DNA of 64,000 bases from a gamma proteobacterium endosymbiont of Lamellibrachia anaximandri (GTDB lineage Bacteria > Pseudomonadota > Gammaproteobacteria > Chromatiales > Chromatiaceae), in the NCBI GenBank assembly GCA_016756835.1, contig JAESPE010000001.1:16732-80731 (forward strand), in the 5' to 3' direction. Numbering within the stretch: the stretch's first letter is position 1; every line of letters begins with the position of its first letter. Of the stretch, positions 12,128-22,645 are shown piece after piece. Below the pieces are notes generated by a model. It ran no database searches, was not told the origin of the DNA, and was given only the letters and a program-made list of their open reading frames with translations. A program made the position numbers and the translations under genes.

Positions 12128-12520
12128 TTAAGTTTCTTCGGCAACCGTGGCATCATAACCCGCCGCATCGAGCAGACCGTCCAGATCAGCTGCGTCAGAA
12201 AGCTTCACCTTGAAGATCCAGCCTTCACCAAAGGCGTCGTCATTGATCGTCTCAGGGGCATCATCCAGCGCTTCGTTCACCGCGATGATCTCACCACTGA
12301 CCGGACTATAGATATCGGAGGCCGCCTTCACCGACTCCACCACCGCGCACTCAGAACCCGCCTCAACGTTGTCGCCCACCTCGGGCATATCCACGAAGAC
12401 CAAGTCTCCCAGCAGCTCCTGGGCGTGGTCGGTGATGCCGATGGTGACGGTGCCATCACCCTCGTTCTTCACCCACTCGTGGGACTTTGCATAGCGCAGT
12501 TCGCTTGGTGTATTACTCAT
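12128..12520 (-). CDS. gcvH: Glycine cleavage system H protein
   Basis: [10 protein letters not shown] and the lipoyl-lysine context ESVKAASD. The ORF extension to 12592 overlaps gcvT and is rejected. Confidence 0.93.
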   Translation of the reverse strand: MSNTPSELRYAKSHEWVKNEGDGTVTIGITDHAQELLGDLVFVDMPEVGDNVEAGSECAVVESVKAASDIYSPVSGEIIAVNEALDDAPETINDDAFGEGWIFKVKLSDAADLDGLLDAAGYDATVAEET

Positions 12521-12566
12521 CTCTACTTCCCCGTTCAGTTTTGGAATGTCGTACCGGATTGGAATT

Positions 12567-13658
12567 CTATAACGAAATGCAGGCTTTGCCATTACGCACG
12601 AATGGCGCTTTCACCACTTGCGCCGTCACTCGCTTGCCACGGATCTCCACATCACAGGTTTCGCCGATAGCGGCGCTAACCCTGGCGAAGGCGATGGATC
12701 GTCCGAGGGTCGGCGCAAAGCCGCCGGAGGTGATCTCGCCGATCTCTGATTCACCGGCAAAGACCTTCAGATGGTTGCGTAGCACCCCGCGTCCGGTCAG
12801 CAGCAGTCCGACAAAACGGCGCTTGCCAGTATCCTTTCTCTGCACCTCCAGAACGCTGCGACCAACAAAGTCACGGTCACCAGGTTCCCAGGCCACGGTC
12901 CAGCCCAACCCGGACTCCAGCGGCGAGACGCTCTCGTCCATGTCGGAACCATAGAGATTCATCCCCGCCTCCAGGCGCAGGGTATCCCGCGCCCCAAGGC
13001 CACAGGGGGCGACGCCTGCATCCGCCAAGGCCTGCCAGAAGCCGGTCGCTTCGTTCTCCGGCAGCATAATCTCGAAACCATCCTCGCCGGTATAACCGGT
13101 GCGGGCGATAAACCAACCATCACCGGGAGCCGCATTGAAGGGCTTGAGCGCCACGACGTTTTCGCGCATCTCAGCGGGCAGCAGGGGCAGCGCCTTTTCC
13201 CGCGCATTCGGCCCCTGCACAGCAACCATCGCCAGATCGCGCCGGGGGGTTATACGCAGATCGAAACCCTCCGCCTGCTTTTTCAGCCAGGTCAGATCCT
13301 TCTCCGTGGTGCCGGCGTTGACTACCATCCGATACCAGTCGTCCCGCAGAAAGTAGACGATCAGGTCATCAACCACGCCACCTTGCTCGTTCAACATGCA
13401 GGAGTAGAGCGCCTTGCCGGAATCCTTGAGCCGCTCGACATCATTGGCAAGCAGACGTCGCAGATAGGGACATGCGTCCGGCCCCTCCAGATCGACCACG
13501 GTCATGTGGGAGACATCGAACATACCCGCATCCCGGCGCACCTGATGGTGCTCCTCTTTCTGCGAACCATAGTGCAGCGGCATCTCCCAACCGCCAAAAG
13601 GGACCAGGCGGGCGCCCATCGACTTGTGGGCCTCATAAAGGCAGGTCTGTTTGTCCAT
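12567..13658 (-). CDS. gcvT: Glycine cleavage system aminomethyltransferase T
   Basis: [30 protein letters not shown]..., with GGAG 7 nt upstream. The ORF extension to 13949 runs through the riboswitch and is rejected. Confidence 0.93.
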   Translation of the reverse strand: MDKQTCLYEAHKSMGARLVPFGGWEMPLHYGSQKEEHHQVRRDAGMFDVSHMTVVDLEGPDACPYLRRLLANDVERLKDSGKALYSCMLNEQGGVVDDLIVYFLRDDWYRMVVNAGTTEKDLTWLKKQAEGFDLRITPRRDLAMVAVQGPNAREKALPLLPAEMRENVVALKPFNAAPGDGWFIARTGYTGEDGFEIMLPENEATGFWQALADAGVAPCGLGARDTLRLEAGMNLYGSDMDESVSPLESGLGWTVAWEPGDRDFVGRSVLEVQRKDTGKRRFVGLLLTGRGVLRNHLKVFAGESEIGEITSGGFAPTLGRSIAFARVSAAIGETCDVEIRGKRVTAQVVKAPFVRNGKACISL

Positions 13659-13680
13659 CGCGATCTCCAGATCATAAACG

Positions 13681-13884
13681 CAAAAGGGCGGCGCAGAACT
13701 ACTGTTCCACGCCGCCCCTCTGTCCAAAACCTGAGAGTTTGCAGCCATTGGCCGCTGCCCCGTCGGTGGGTCTAATGACCGCTCTCCAGAGTCGACCTTA
13801 GTCCCCGCGGTCCTTTTGCCTGAGCGATTCCGGGCGGATTGCGCCTTCGGCGTCGGTGAAACCGATCTCTCCCACGGGGGTTGG
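13681..13884 (-). promoter_or_regulatory. Tandem glycine riboswitch with terminator-type expression platform
   Basis: On the minus strand, aptamer 1 reads GGGAGAG..CACCGACGCCGAAGGCGCAA..CTCAGGCAAAAGGAC. Aptamer 2 reads CTCTGGAGAG..CACCGACGGGGCAG..CTCTCAGGTTTTGGACAG. These are followed by GGGCGGCG-N-CGCCGCCC TTTTG, just upstream of gcvT. Confidence 0.88.
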
Positions 13885-14219
13885 TCGAGGATCGGACTAT
13901 ACCGCCCTGCCTGGCATCCGTCCAGAAACGCAAAGTTTTGGCAGGACACTACCTATGAGAACCCATACAGCAAACAACAGGAGGCAGAGCGGGGCAGGAA
14001 GCCAAAGCCGAGCTTGCCAACCGAATCATTCGCGTCCCATCGACCTCCGTGGCCACCGAAATCTCTACTGACAAATGTCAAAAAAATCACCAATTAACCG
14101 CTATTTATCCCAAAATTTGAAAAAAATCTAAAGAAACAGGAGACAGATCCGATAGTCCTCTCATACCGCCAGTGGTTTGTTCCGTCCCATGGCGCACTTT
14201 ATTCGAGGAAATCGTGAAA

Positions 14220-16688
14220 ATGAAATTCATAGCCAATCTGAAACTCTCCCAAAAACTGGCACTCATGGTGCTGGTACCGCTGATTGTGATGATCGGATTT
14301 GCATCCACCCAATCGATCTCTGCCTTCTCATTGCGCCAGACCACTGTCCAGCTGCAAACCATGAGCGAACTGAGTGTCAATATCAGCAACCTGGTGCATG
14401 AATTGCAGAAAGAGCGAGGCATGACCGCCGGCTTCATCGGTAGCGGAGGGAAAAAATTTGGCGACACCATTAAAGGTCAGCGCCAGGAGACGAACCAAAA
14501 ACACGACATCCTGAAACAGTTCCTGGAAACATTCGATGGCTCCGCACTGGGATCAAAATTCCAGGACAACCTTGGAGAAACACTGGAGCGCCTGGATCAG
14601 CTTGAGAATAAACGCAAGGCAGTCGATACCTTTACACTGAAACTCGGCGATGCTCTGAGCTACTACACCGGCAACAACGCAGCACTGCTCGGACTGATCT
14701 CCGAATTATCCACCCTCAGCCCCGAGAAAGAACTGGCGATCATGACTGCGGCCTACGCAAGCTACCTGCAGGGCAAGGAGCGGGCCGGCATCGAGCGCGC
14801 CGTCATGTCCAATGTATTTGCCAAGGATCAGTTTAGCGGCGGCCTGTTCAACAAATTCATGTCTCTGATCACCGTACAGAACACCTACCGGGACGTCTTT
14901 CTCTCCCTCGCAAAAGAGGAGAACAAGGCGCTCTACAAGAACACCCTGCAGGGTGAATTCGTCGATGAGACCGAACGGATGCGCAAAGTTGCCATCGACA
15001 ATGCTACATCCGGCGCTTTCGGTATCGATGCGGTCTACTGGTTCAAGATGCAGACAGGCAAGATCAATCTGCTGAAAACGATCGAAGACCAGCTTGCGGC
15101 GGGGTTGCGCACCAAGGCCGATGAGCTCAAGGCCGGTGCAACTTTGGAACTGGCGATCGCTCTACTGGTCGCCCTGCTGGGGCTTGCGATCTCCGCCGGC
15201 CTGGGCTTCTATGTTGGACGCGGTGTCCGGCAACAGTTGGGGGGCGAACCCGGCCATATCGAAGAGATCGCCAACCGCATCGCCAACGGCAGCCTCGACA
15301 TGAAACTGCAGTCTGCAGGGGCAACCGGCATATACGCCGCCATGATCACCATGCAACAGCGGCTGTCGGAAGTCATCGAAAAAGACATCCAGTCTATCGT
15401 CGATTCCGCACGTGCCGGTAATCTGAGCAGCAGGGTTCCACTGGAGGGCAAGCAGGGTTTTTATGAAAAACTCAGCTCCGGTGTCAACGATCTGGTGGAA
15501 GTCAGTGAGAGTGTCATCGACGACACCCAGCGGGTATTTGGCGCGCTCTCCCGGGGAGATCTGAATGAACGTATCGAACGGGAATACAAAGGCTCCTTCG
15601 ACCAGCTGAAACAGGACGCCAATGCAACCATTCTCAAGATCCAGGAGGTGATAGAGGGGGACATACAGTCACTCGTGGATGCAGCCCGCTCCGGTGACCT
15701 GAATCAGCGTATCGACCTGGACAATAAGCAGGGTTTTTTTGCAACATTGAGTAGCGGCATCAACGAACTGATCGATTCCGTGGAAAATGTTTTCAGCGAT
15801 ATCGCCCAATCCATGCACGATATGGCCAAAGGCGACCTGACCAAACCGATCACAAGAAGCTATCAGGGCACCTTCGATGACCTGAAGCAGGACATCAATA
15901 AAACCATGGCCAATCTGGAGCAGATTGTTACCCAGTTACGTCAATCGGGCGAGGTGATCACTACCGCATCGGGCGAGATCTCCTCCGGTAACAACAACCT
16001 CTCATCCCGCACCGAGCAGCAAGCCAGTTCACTGGAGGAGACCGCCTCCAGCATGGAAGAGTTGACCAGCACGGTGAGGAACAACGCCGACAATGCGCAG
16101 CAGGCCAATCAGCTGGCCGCCAGCGCACGCCGCACCGCCGAAACGGGCGGTGAAGTGGTGCGACAGGCGGTTGAGGCCATGGACGCCATCAACCAATCAA
16201 GCAGCAAGATCGCTGAGATTATCGGCGTCATCGATGAGATCGCCTTTCAGACCAATCTGCTGGCCCTCAACGCCTCCGTCGAGGCAGCCAGAGCCGGTGA
16301 ACAGGGGCGTGGTTTTGCTGTTGTTGCCACAGAGGTTCGCAACCTGGCTGGCCGCAGCGCGACTGCCGCCAAAGAGATCAAGGAACTGATCCGGGACAGC
16401 GGAGAGAAGGTAAAAGCTGGTGCGGAGTTGGTCGACAAGTCCGGCGAGAACCTGGATGAGATCGTCAATGGCGTGAAAAAGGTCGGCGACATCGTCTCTG
16501 AGATCGCCGCCGCCAGTCAGGAACAGTCTGCCGGCATCGATCAGGTCAACATGGCGGTAACCAGCATGGACGAGGTAACCCAACAGAATGCCGCTCTTGC
16601 CGAAGAGACATCCGCTGCGGCCGCCTCGATGAGCGAGAAGGCGCAGGAGATGGATCAGCTGATGGGGTTCTTCACTGTCTCAAGATGA
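14220..16688 (+). CDS. Methyl-accepting chemotaxis protein with N-terminal NIT-like sensor and poly-HAMP array
   Basis: Signal/TM ([16 protein letters not shown]). NIT-like [21 protein letters not shown] second TM, repeated HAMP units, and the conserved MCP hairpin [30 protein letters not shown]. Confidence 0.9.
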   Translation: MKFIANLKLSQKLALMVLVPLIVMIGFASTQSISAFSLRQTTVQLQTMSELSVNISNLVHELQKERGMTAGFIGSGGKKFGDTIKGQRQETNQKHDILKQFLETFDGSALGSKFQDNLGETLERLDQLENKRKAVDTFTLKLGDALSYYTGNNAALLGLISELSTLSPEKELAIMTAAYASYLQGKERAGIERAVMSNVFAKDQFSGGLFNKFMSLITVQNTYRDVFLSLAKEENKALYKNTLQGEFVDETERMRKVAIDNATSGAFGIDAVYWFKMQTGKINLLKTIEDQLAAGLRTKADELKAGATLELAIALLVALLGLAISAGLGFYVGRGVRQQLGGEPGHIEEIANRIANGSLDMKLQSAGATGIYAAMITMQQRLSEVIEKDIQSIVDSARAGNLSSRVPLEGKQGFYEKLSSGVNDLVEVSESVIDDTQRVFGALSRGDLNERIEREYKGSFDQLKQDANATILKIQEVIEGDIQSLVDAARSGDLNQRIDLDNKQGFFATLSSGINELIDSVENVFSDIAQSMHDMAKGDLTKPITRSYQGTFDDLKQDINKTMANLEQIVTQLRQSGEVITTASGEISSGNNNLSSRTEQQASSLEETASSMEELTSTVRNNADNAQQANQLAASARRTAETGGEVVRQAVEAMDAINQSSSKIAEIIGVIDEIAFQTNLLALNASVEAARAGEQGRGFAVVATEVRNLAGRSATAAKEIKELIRDSGEKVKAGAELVDKSGENLDEIVNGVKKVGDIVSEIAAASQEQSAGIDQVNMAVTSMDEVTQQNAALAEETSAAAASMSEKAQEMDQLMGFFTVSR

Positions 16689-16692
16689 GATC

Positions 16693-16755
16693 GCCGGTTC
16701 CGCTACGTTTGAACCGGCCTACTTCAGTGCTGTAGGTCGGTTCAGGTGGAGCGGC
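16693..16755. repeat. REP unit A (-) at 16693-16722 plus a degenerate partner at 16732-16755
   Basis: GCCGGTTCCGCTACGTTTGAACCGGCCTAC, then GTAGGTCGGTTCAGGTGGAGCGGC. Confidence 0.75.
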
Positions 16756-16873
16756 TCCTGGGATCTATATTCTCAAGTCCGCCATACCGTGCTTCCGGCA
16801 CATTTTTCTCAGCAGTTTTTCCGTAGACTGTCGATATTTCAATCAGATCCGCAAGCTTTATCTGGAGTCCAAA

Positions 16874-17842
16874 ATGTACAAGCGCGTCATACTTCCCAGC
16901 CTGTCTTTTTCTCTCATGCTCTTACTTTCAGGGTGTGGTGGCGGTGACACAGGCACCACAACCGCCAGCCGATTGGACCTCGGCATTACGGACGCGCCGG
17001 TAGATGGCGCCGACGCGGTGTGGGTTGAATTCAGCGAGGTTGTCATTCAACCTGCCGACGGTGCACGCATCAGCATTCTGATGGAGAATGTGGACGGCAA
17101 CCCCACCCCCAAAAGCATCAACCTGCTCGACCTGCAGGGCGGGGTACGGGATATGCTGTTGGACGGTTATGAACTTCCCGCAGGCCAGTACAGCTGGATC
17201 CGTCTCATGGTCAACGCTGAGGCCGACGGTGTGCTCGATTCCTATATCGAGCTTCCCGGCCCGTTGCAGTATGAACTCCGGGTACCCAGTGGATCCCAGA
17301 CAGGGCTTAAGATAAACACCGGCTTCGAGATTTTAGAGGGTGATACCAACGATTACACCATCGATTTCGACCTGCGCAAATCCGTGCATCAGCCCAATGG
17401 CCAGACGGGTCCTTCCGGCGACCCCGTCTACTGGCTTCGCCCTACCCTGCGCCTGATGAAAACAGCCACCACCGGCACCATTTCCGGCACTGTCGATCCG
17501 GTCGTCTTTGCGGGTGAGGCCTGTGACGGCAACACAGTGGGTTACGCTGTGTATGTCTTTAGCGGCGCCGGTGAAACCCCCGTTGATGTCAACGTCAACG
17601 ATCAGACAATAAACAACCCGGTCACCACCGCTGCCATCTCCGACGACGGCAACTTCACCTACACTGCCGCCTACCTGAACGGGGGAACCTACACGGTGGC
17701 TGCAACCTGTGCGGCTGACCAGGACGATCCCGAACTGGATAATCAACCGGGCAATCAAGAGGCTAATCCCGAGGTTACCTTCGTCGGCACTGCTGACGTC
17801 AACGTCACTGCGGGCGCGGAGACTCTACACGACATTCTCTGA
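16874..17842 (+). CDS. DUF4382-like lipoprotein
   Basis: Lipobox LLLSGC. LDLGITDAPVDGADAVWVEFSEVVIQP resembles DUF4382 from memory. GGAG lies 6 nt upstream of the ATG. Confidence 0.72.
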   Translation: MYKRVILPSLSFSLMLLLSGCGGGDTGTTTASRLDLGITDAPVDGADAVWVEFSEVVIQPADGARISILMENVDGNPTPKSINLLDLQGGVRDMLLDGYELPAGQYSWIRLMVNAEADGVLDSYIELPGPLQYELRVPSGSQTGLKINTGFEILEGDTNDYTIDFDLRKSVHQPNGQTGPSGDPVYWLRPTLRLMKTATTGTISGTVDPVVFAGEACDGNTVGYAVYVFSGAGETPVDVNVNDQTINNPVTTAAISDDGNFTYTAAYLNGGTYTVAATCAADQDDPELDNQPGNQEANPEVTFVGTADVNVTAGAETLHDIL

Positions 17843-17878
17843 CCCATTGGGGTCGACAAACCTCAATGACACCGACTG

Positions 17879-18007
17879 CGCCGGGTTTGCGTTGTGCAAC
17901 CCGGCATGGGTTTGAACCGATCAAAGTGTAGGCCCGATCAAGCGTAGCGGATCGGGCATTTCAACACAGATGCGATTGCCGGTTCCGCTACGCTTGAACC
18001 GGCCTAC
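17879..18007. repeat. REP cluster: degenerate unit at 17879-17905, unit B (+) at 17928-17957, unit A (-) at 17978-18007
   Basis: GTAGGCCCGATCAAGCGTAGCGGATCGGGC and GCCGGTTCCGCTACGCTTGAACCGGCCTAC. Confidence 0.85.
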
Positions 18008-18010
18008 ATC

Positions 18011-19240
18011 TTAAGATCTGTCCCAATCGCGCTGCGCCAGCTTAGGCAACTCCCCTACCATCCCCATCGCCCGACGTACCACGATATGCTTGAGCGGACC
18101 TGAATGGTCCACCAGACTCAACCCCAGGTTGCGAGCCAACTTGAGGGGCGATACTTCGTTGCTGAAGAAACGTTTGAAAAAATCCATGGCGCCGAGCATG
18201 CCCATGTTCGCCCCTTTACGCGCCCGTTCATAACGGCGCAGGGTAGCCAGCGAACCGATTTGACGTCCAGCCTGCCTGGCCTCAATCAACACCTCCGCCA
18301 ATTGTGCCGCATCGAGAAAGCCGAGATTCACACCCTGTCCAGCCAGAGGATGGATAGCGTGGGCGGCATCCCCCACCAGGGCCAGCCCCTCGCGAATATA
18401 GGTCTCGGCATGTCCCAGACGCAGGGGGAATGCAGCCCTTGGTCCCACCTCCAGCACCTCTCCCAGATTTTGCTCGCTGGCCTGGGTCAGCTCCCGGCAG
18501 AAGTCGGCATCGCCCAGCGCCATCAACTCCCTGGCCAGCAGGGGTGAGGTCGACCAGACGATGGAGCAACGGCCGTCATCGATAGGCAGAAACGCCAGGG
18601 GACCGGTGGGCATGAAACGCTGCCAGGCGGTGTTCTGATGATGCAAGACGGGGCGCACGGTGGCGACGATGGCGTGCTGATCATAGTCCCAACCACGGGT
18701 GCCGATCGCCGCCATCCTGCGGATCAGGGAATCCCGCCCGTCCGCGCCCACTACCAATTTCGCCTGCAGAGAGGTGCCGTCCTTCAGTCTCACCGAAGGT
18801 GTCGGTCCCATTTCGAGGTCAGCCACTTCAGCCGGACAGAGCCGGGTGACACTGTCATAGGTTGCCAGCCGCTCCCAGAGCGCCAGCAGGGTGACCCTGT
18901 TCTCCACGATATGGCCGAGATTGGACTCTCCGACGTCGTGACAGCTGAAATGGATACTGCCGTTGCCCCCCGCGTCCCAAACATGCATGTCGGTATAGAG
19001 GGAGACGCGTTTTTCGCACATGCGATCCCAGGCGCCCAGGTTTTCCAGCACTTGCTGGGAGGCCCGCGTAAGGGCGGAGACCCGCAGATCAACCTCATCA
19101 TCCGGCCAGTCTGTTTGCGGCTCACGCAACTCCAGTACACAGACATCGAAACCGGCATCGGCCATGGCGCAACCGAGGGCGCTGCCCACCATGCCGCCAC
19201 CCACGACGATCAGATCAAAGCTGTCTCGTTGTTCAGACAA
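18011..19240 (-). CDS. ubiI: FAD-dependent ubiquinone-biosynthesis hydroxylase (UbiI/VisC family)
   Basis: DLIVVGGGMVGSALG Rossmann motif and the GDAAHAIHPLAGQG motif. Lies downstream of ubiH as in E. coli. Confidence 0.82.
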   Translation of the reverse strand: MSEQRDSFDLIVVGGGMVGSALGCAMADAGFDVCVLELREPQTDWPDDEVDLRVSALTRASQQVLENLGAWDRMCEKRVSLYTDMHVWDAGGNGSIHFSCHDVGESNLGHIVENRVTLLALWERLATYDSVTRLCPAEVADLEMGPTPSVRLKDGTSLQAKLVVGADGRDSLIRRMAAIGTRGWDYDQHAIVATVRPVLHHQNTAWQRFMPTGPLAFLPIDDGRCSIVWSTSPLLARELMALGDADFCRELTQASEQNLGEVLEVGPRAAFPLRLGHAETYIREGLALVGDAAHAIHPLAGQGVNLGFLDAAQLAEVLIEARQAGRQIGSLATLRRYERARKGANMGMLGAMDFFKRFFSNEVSPLKLARNLGLSLVDHSGPLKHIVVRRAMGMVGELPKLAQRDWDRS

Positions 19241-20456
19241 GTGGAATACCTCGCGCCAGTCGCGGCAGCCGCCCGTTCAAACCCATAAACTGACGTGCCA
19301 CCAGATGTTTCAACCCTGGAGCGCTATCCAGCCCGAGCAGCGCGACATTGCGCGCCAGACGTAACGGGGTCAGAGGATTGGCAAACAGGCGGGCCAGAGT
19401 ATCGGTAATCATGGCCACCGCATTCTGATCCCGTCGCCGCCAATCTGCATAGCGCTGCAGCAGATCCATGCTGCCGGGATCACCCTGCTCTGCGGACACG
19501 TCAGCCAGAAGATCGGCAAGTACAGCAACATCGCGAATCCCAAGATTGAAACCCTGGCCGGTAACCGGGTGTACCGTGTGCGCGGCATTGCCGATCAATG
19601 CGATACGGGGACGCACATGCTCATTGGCCTGCCGCAGCTTCAGAGGATAGGCAAAGCGTTTGCCACACTTTGTCAGATGTCCCAGGCGATAACCAAAGCG
19701 AGCCTGCAAACGTTCCAGGAAGGCGGTTTCATCCAGCGCCATCAGCTCAGTAACCTGTTCATCTTTTGACGTCCACACCAGAGAGCTGCGCCCTTCAGTC
19801 ATGGGCAACATCGCCAGGGGGCCGGTATTGGTAAACCGTTCATAGGCGACACCCTGGTGAGGCCGCTCGGTGGTGATATTGGCAATGATGGCAGTCTGGC
19901 CATAGGCCTGCTCTTTGGATGAAATCGCCAGGCGACCTCTTACCGCCGAATCGCCGCCATCCGCTGCGACCAACAGCGCTGTCCTCACGCGTCTCACCTC
20001 GCCTGCCTCCTTCAGATTCACCTCTACGAAATCATCAGAAACGGAAAAGCTTTTCAGACTCGCAGGACAGAGCAGATCGATATCCGGCTCCTGTTCCAGA
20101 TCCTTGAGCAGGGCCTGTCCCAAAGCGCGGGCAGTGGCGACATAACCCAACGCCTCCACGCCCTCATCGCGATTGTTGAGCCGGGCAAAACCGAAGTGTC
20201 CACGATCAGAGATATGGATATCGGAAATCGGTTCCGCCTCACCGGAGAGACCTTCCCAGACCCCCATGCCCTGAAGTATCAATCGGGTCCCCCAGGAGAG
20301 GGCGATTACCCGGTCGTCATAGCTCGGCTGGAGATCGGAGTTGAAGGGCCAGGCCTCTACCACACCGATCTTCAATCCCAGCCCATTAATGGAACGGGCA
20401 AGACTGGCGCCCACCATGCCGCCACCGATAATGAGGATATCGTAGTCGTCAGTCAT
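19233..20456 (-). CDS. ubiH: 2-octaprenyl-6-methoxyphenol hydroxylase
   Basis: DILIIGGGMVGASLA and GNAAHTVHPVTGQGFNLG. pepP-ubiH synteny. Confidence 0.86.
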   Translation of the reverse strand: MTDDYDILIIGGGMVGASLARSINGLGLKIGVVEAWPFNSDLQPSYDDRVIALSWGTRLILQGMGVWEGLSGEAEPISDIHISDRGHFGFARLNNRDEGVEALGYVATARALGQALLKDLEQEPDIDLLCPASLKSFSVSDDFVEVNLKEAGEVRRVRTALLVAADGGDSAVRGRLAISSKEQAYGQTAIIANITTERPHQGVAYERFTNTGPLAMLPMTEGRSSLVWTSKDEQVTELMALDETAFLERLQARFGYRLGHLTKCGKRFAYPLKLRQANEHVRPRIALIGNAAHTVHPVTGQGFNLGIRDVAVLADLLADVSAEQGDPGSMDLLQRYADWRRRDQNAVAMITDTLARLFANPLTPLRLARNVALLGLDSAPGLKHLVARQFMGLNGRLPRLARGIPLV

Positions 20457-21764
20457 TCAAGATGCCATCAGGGTTTCGAGTGCGGCCACCGTCTTGGGCG
20501 TATCCTTTGTCAGCAGATCACAACCGTCCTTCGTCACCAACACATCGTCTTCAATCCTGATGCCGATGTTCCACCACTTCTTCGCCACGCCTTTGGTGCC
20601 GGATGGGATATACAACCCCGGCTCGATAGTCAGGACCATACCCGGTTCGAGCAGCCGCCAGGTTCCATCGACCTTGTAATCCCCCACATCGTGCACATCC
20701 ATACCGATCCAGTGACCGGTGCGGTGCGGATAGAATTTCTTGTACTTCTCTTCACGGATCAGCTTGGGTACTGAACCTTTAAGAATGCCCAGCTTGACCA
20801 GACCTCGGGTCATGGTGCGCACGGCAGCCACATGGGGGTCGTTCCATTGGTTTCCCGGCTTCACCTTGGCGATGGCTGCCTCCTGTGCCGCCAACACCAG
20901 CTCATAGAGTTGCCGTTGGGGTTCTGTAAAAACGCCATTCACCGGATAGGTGCGCGTGATGTCGGAGGCGTAACACTCCAGCTCACAACCGGCGTCGATC
21001 AACAGCATGTCGCCGTCGTTCAATCGATCCCGGTTATCGATATAGTGCAATACACAAGCGTTACCACCGCTGCCAACGATAGGCGTATATGCCTGTTCAC
21101 GTGTGCCGAGACGGCCGCACTCGGCAAGGAACTCCGCCTCCAGCTGATACTCCCAGGCACCCGCATGACAACTCTTCATCACCCGTTTGTGCGCCTTGGC
21201 GGATATCTTCGCCGCCTGCCGCATCACCTTGATCTCGGAACGGCTTTTATAGAGCCGCATCTCATGCAGATAGTGATCGAGGGCGATGATCTCCATCGGC
21301 CCCTGGCCACCACTGCGGGATTCGCATCGAATCTGATTGATCCACTCCAGCAGGCGCTTGTCCAGATCAGGACTGCAGCCCATGGCATAAAAAACCCGGT
21401 CGGTCTGCTCCAGCATGCGCGGCAGGATGTCATCGAGATCGCCGATAGGGAAAGAGTCGTCTGCATCGTAGTTATCACAGACGCCCTCCTGGCCGGCCCG
21501 CGGACCATCCCACTGTTCCATCTTGGGATCACGTTCGCGATTGAAGAGGATATACTCAGCCTGCTTTCTACCGGGAATCAGAACCGCAACGGCTTCCGGT
21601 TCAGGAAAACCGGTGAGATAGAAAAAATCACTGTCGGGACGGTAATGGTAGTGCACATCACGGTTGCGCACCTGTAGCGGTGAGGTCGGCAGGATTGCGA
21701 TACTGCCCGGACCCATGATGCGCATCAGTTCACGGCGACGCCGTTTGAACTCACTCGCTATCAT
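20457..21764 (-). CDS. pepP: Xaa-Pro aminopeptidase
   Basis: 435 aa. M24B motifs DAGCE...DITRT, HRTGHWIGMDVHD and IRIEDDV. Confidence 0.92.
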   Translation of the reverse strand: MIASEFKRRRRELMRIMGPGSIAILPTSPLQVRNRDVHYHYRPDSDFFYLTGFPEPEAVAVLIPGRKQAEYILFNRERDPKMEQWDGPRAGQEGVCDNYDADDSFPIGDLDDILPRMLEQTDRVFYAMGCSPDLDKRLLEWINQIRCESRSGGQGPMEIIALDHYLHEMRLYKSRSEIKVMRQAAKISAKAHKRVMKSCHAGAWEYQLEAEFLAECGRLGTREQAYTPIVGSGGNACVLHYIDNRDRLNDGDMLLIDAGCELECYASDITRTYPVNGVFTEPQRQLYELVLAAQEAAIAKVKPGNQWNDPHVAAVRTMTRGLVKLGILKGSVPKLIREEKYKKFYPHRTGHWIGMDVHDVGDYKVDGTWRLLEPGMVLTIEPGLYIPSGTKGVAKKWWNIGIRIEDDVLVTKDGCDLLTKDTPKTVAALETLMAS

Positions 21765-22317
21765 TATCCTTCTCCCGCTTGCCGGTCAGTGCCTCCCGGA
21801 TCAGTAACACCGCCACCCGCAGAAACTCCTCCAGCTCGACATAGGCCAGCTCGGCCTCCTCACCCGGTTCAATATCTTCATGGTCGAGGCGGGTAAATTC
21901 AGTAATATCCCGAATCGATTCTCCTGCCTCATCTTTCAACTGGGCTTCAGTGATACCCGCCAGCCCCAATCCATAGAGATAACCCTGACACCATTCACTC
22001 AATGCCTTGGCGCGCACCTCGATCTCCAGTTCGTCATCCGGCAGAAACGGTGTGAAATTCAGCTCTTCCCCTTCGATGTAACCCTGGGTCGACTGATAGA
22101 GCTGGCCCAGCAACTGCCTGGCTTCAACCACCAGAAGATCATCTTCCGAGCGATCTTTGAACAGTTCGACAAACCAGGCGGCATGGGCATCAGAATGACC
22201 GGCACAGAGTATGCCGCTGATCACCCCGTGAATCTCACTCGCGCCAACATCCAGGCCAATCGATTGCAGAACCTGATCAAAGCGTTCGAACTGAGGCATT
22301 ACGGGGTTGGAGTTCAT
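21751..22317 (-). CDS. ygfB: UPF0149 family protein YgfB
   Basis: 188 aa, acidic. WCQGYLYGLGL motif. Position upstream of pepP. Confidence 0.83.
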   Translation of the reverse strand: MNSNPVMPQFERFDQVLQSIGLDVGASEIHGVISGILCAGHSDAHAAWFVELFKDRSEDDLLVVEARQLLGQLYQSTQGYIEGEELNFTPFLPDDELEIEVRAKALSEWCQGYLYGLGLAGITEAQLKDEAGESIRDITEFTRLDHEDIEPGEEAELAYVELEEFLRVAVLLIREALTGKREKDNDSE

Positions 22318-22402
22318 GCAGATTTCCGTTACCTATCCTAATATTGAAGAAGAATCATAACATGAGCTGTAAAGATTGACCGTTCCCTGAGCGCCCTCTA
22401 TA

Positions 22403-22645
22403 TTGGGGAACATGATCGAAGATGAGATGAAAGAGAGCACAGAACTCGACCTCAGAAAACTTGAGCTTCAGATTGAAGAACTCATCCGGGCCTGCGCCTA
22501 TCTGAAAGATGAGAATAAATCCCTGCGCGCCCGCCAGGATAGCCTGGTGGCAGAGCGCGCCTCTCTGATCGAGAAGACTGAACTCGCCCGCACTCGAGTC
22601 GAGGCGATGATCACCCGCCTGAAGTCCATGGAAGCCCCCCAGTGA
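22403..22645 (+). CDS. Small coiled-coil protein preceding zapA (TIGR02449/ZapB-like)
   Basis: 80 aa, heptad-rich (LELQIEELIRACAYLKDENKSLRARQDSL). GTGA overlap with the zapA start. Confidence 0.6.
   Translation: MGNMIEDEMKESTELDLRKLELQIEELIRACAYLKDENKSLRARQDSLVAERASLIEKTELARTRVEAMITRLKSMEAPQ

Noticed and set aside
13659-13949. N-terminal extension of gcvT (ORF track 460 aa); similar extensions exist on gcvH, moaD, the porin, the PfkB kinase and lptA
   Set aside because: The gcvT extension crosses a riboswitch and the gcvH one overlaps the preceding gene. The others lack similarity to the families concerned. Internal starts restore canonical N-termini and gene spacing.
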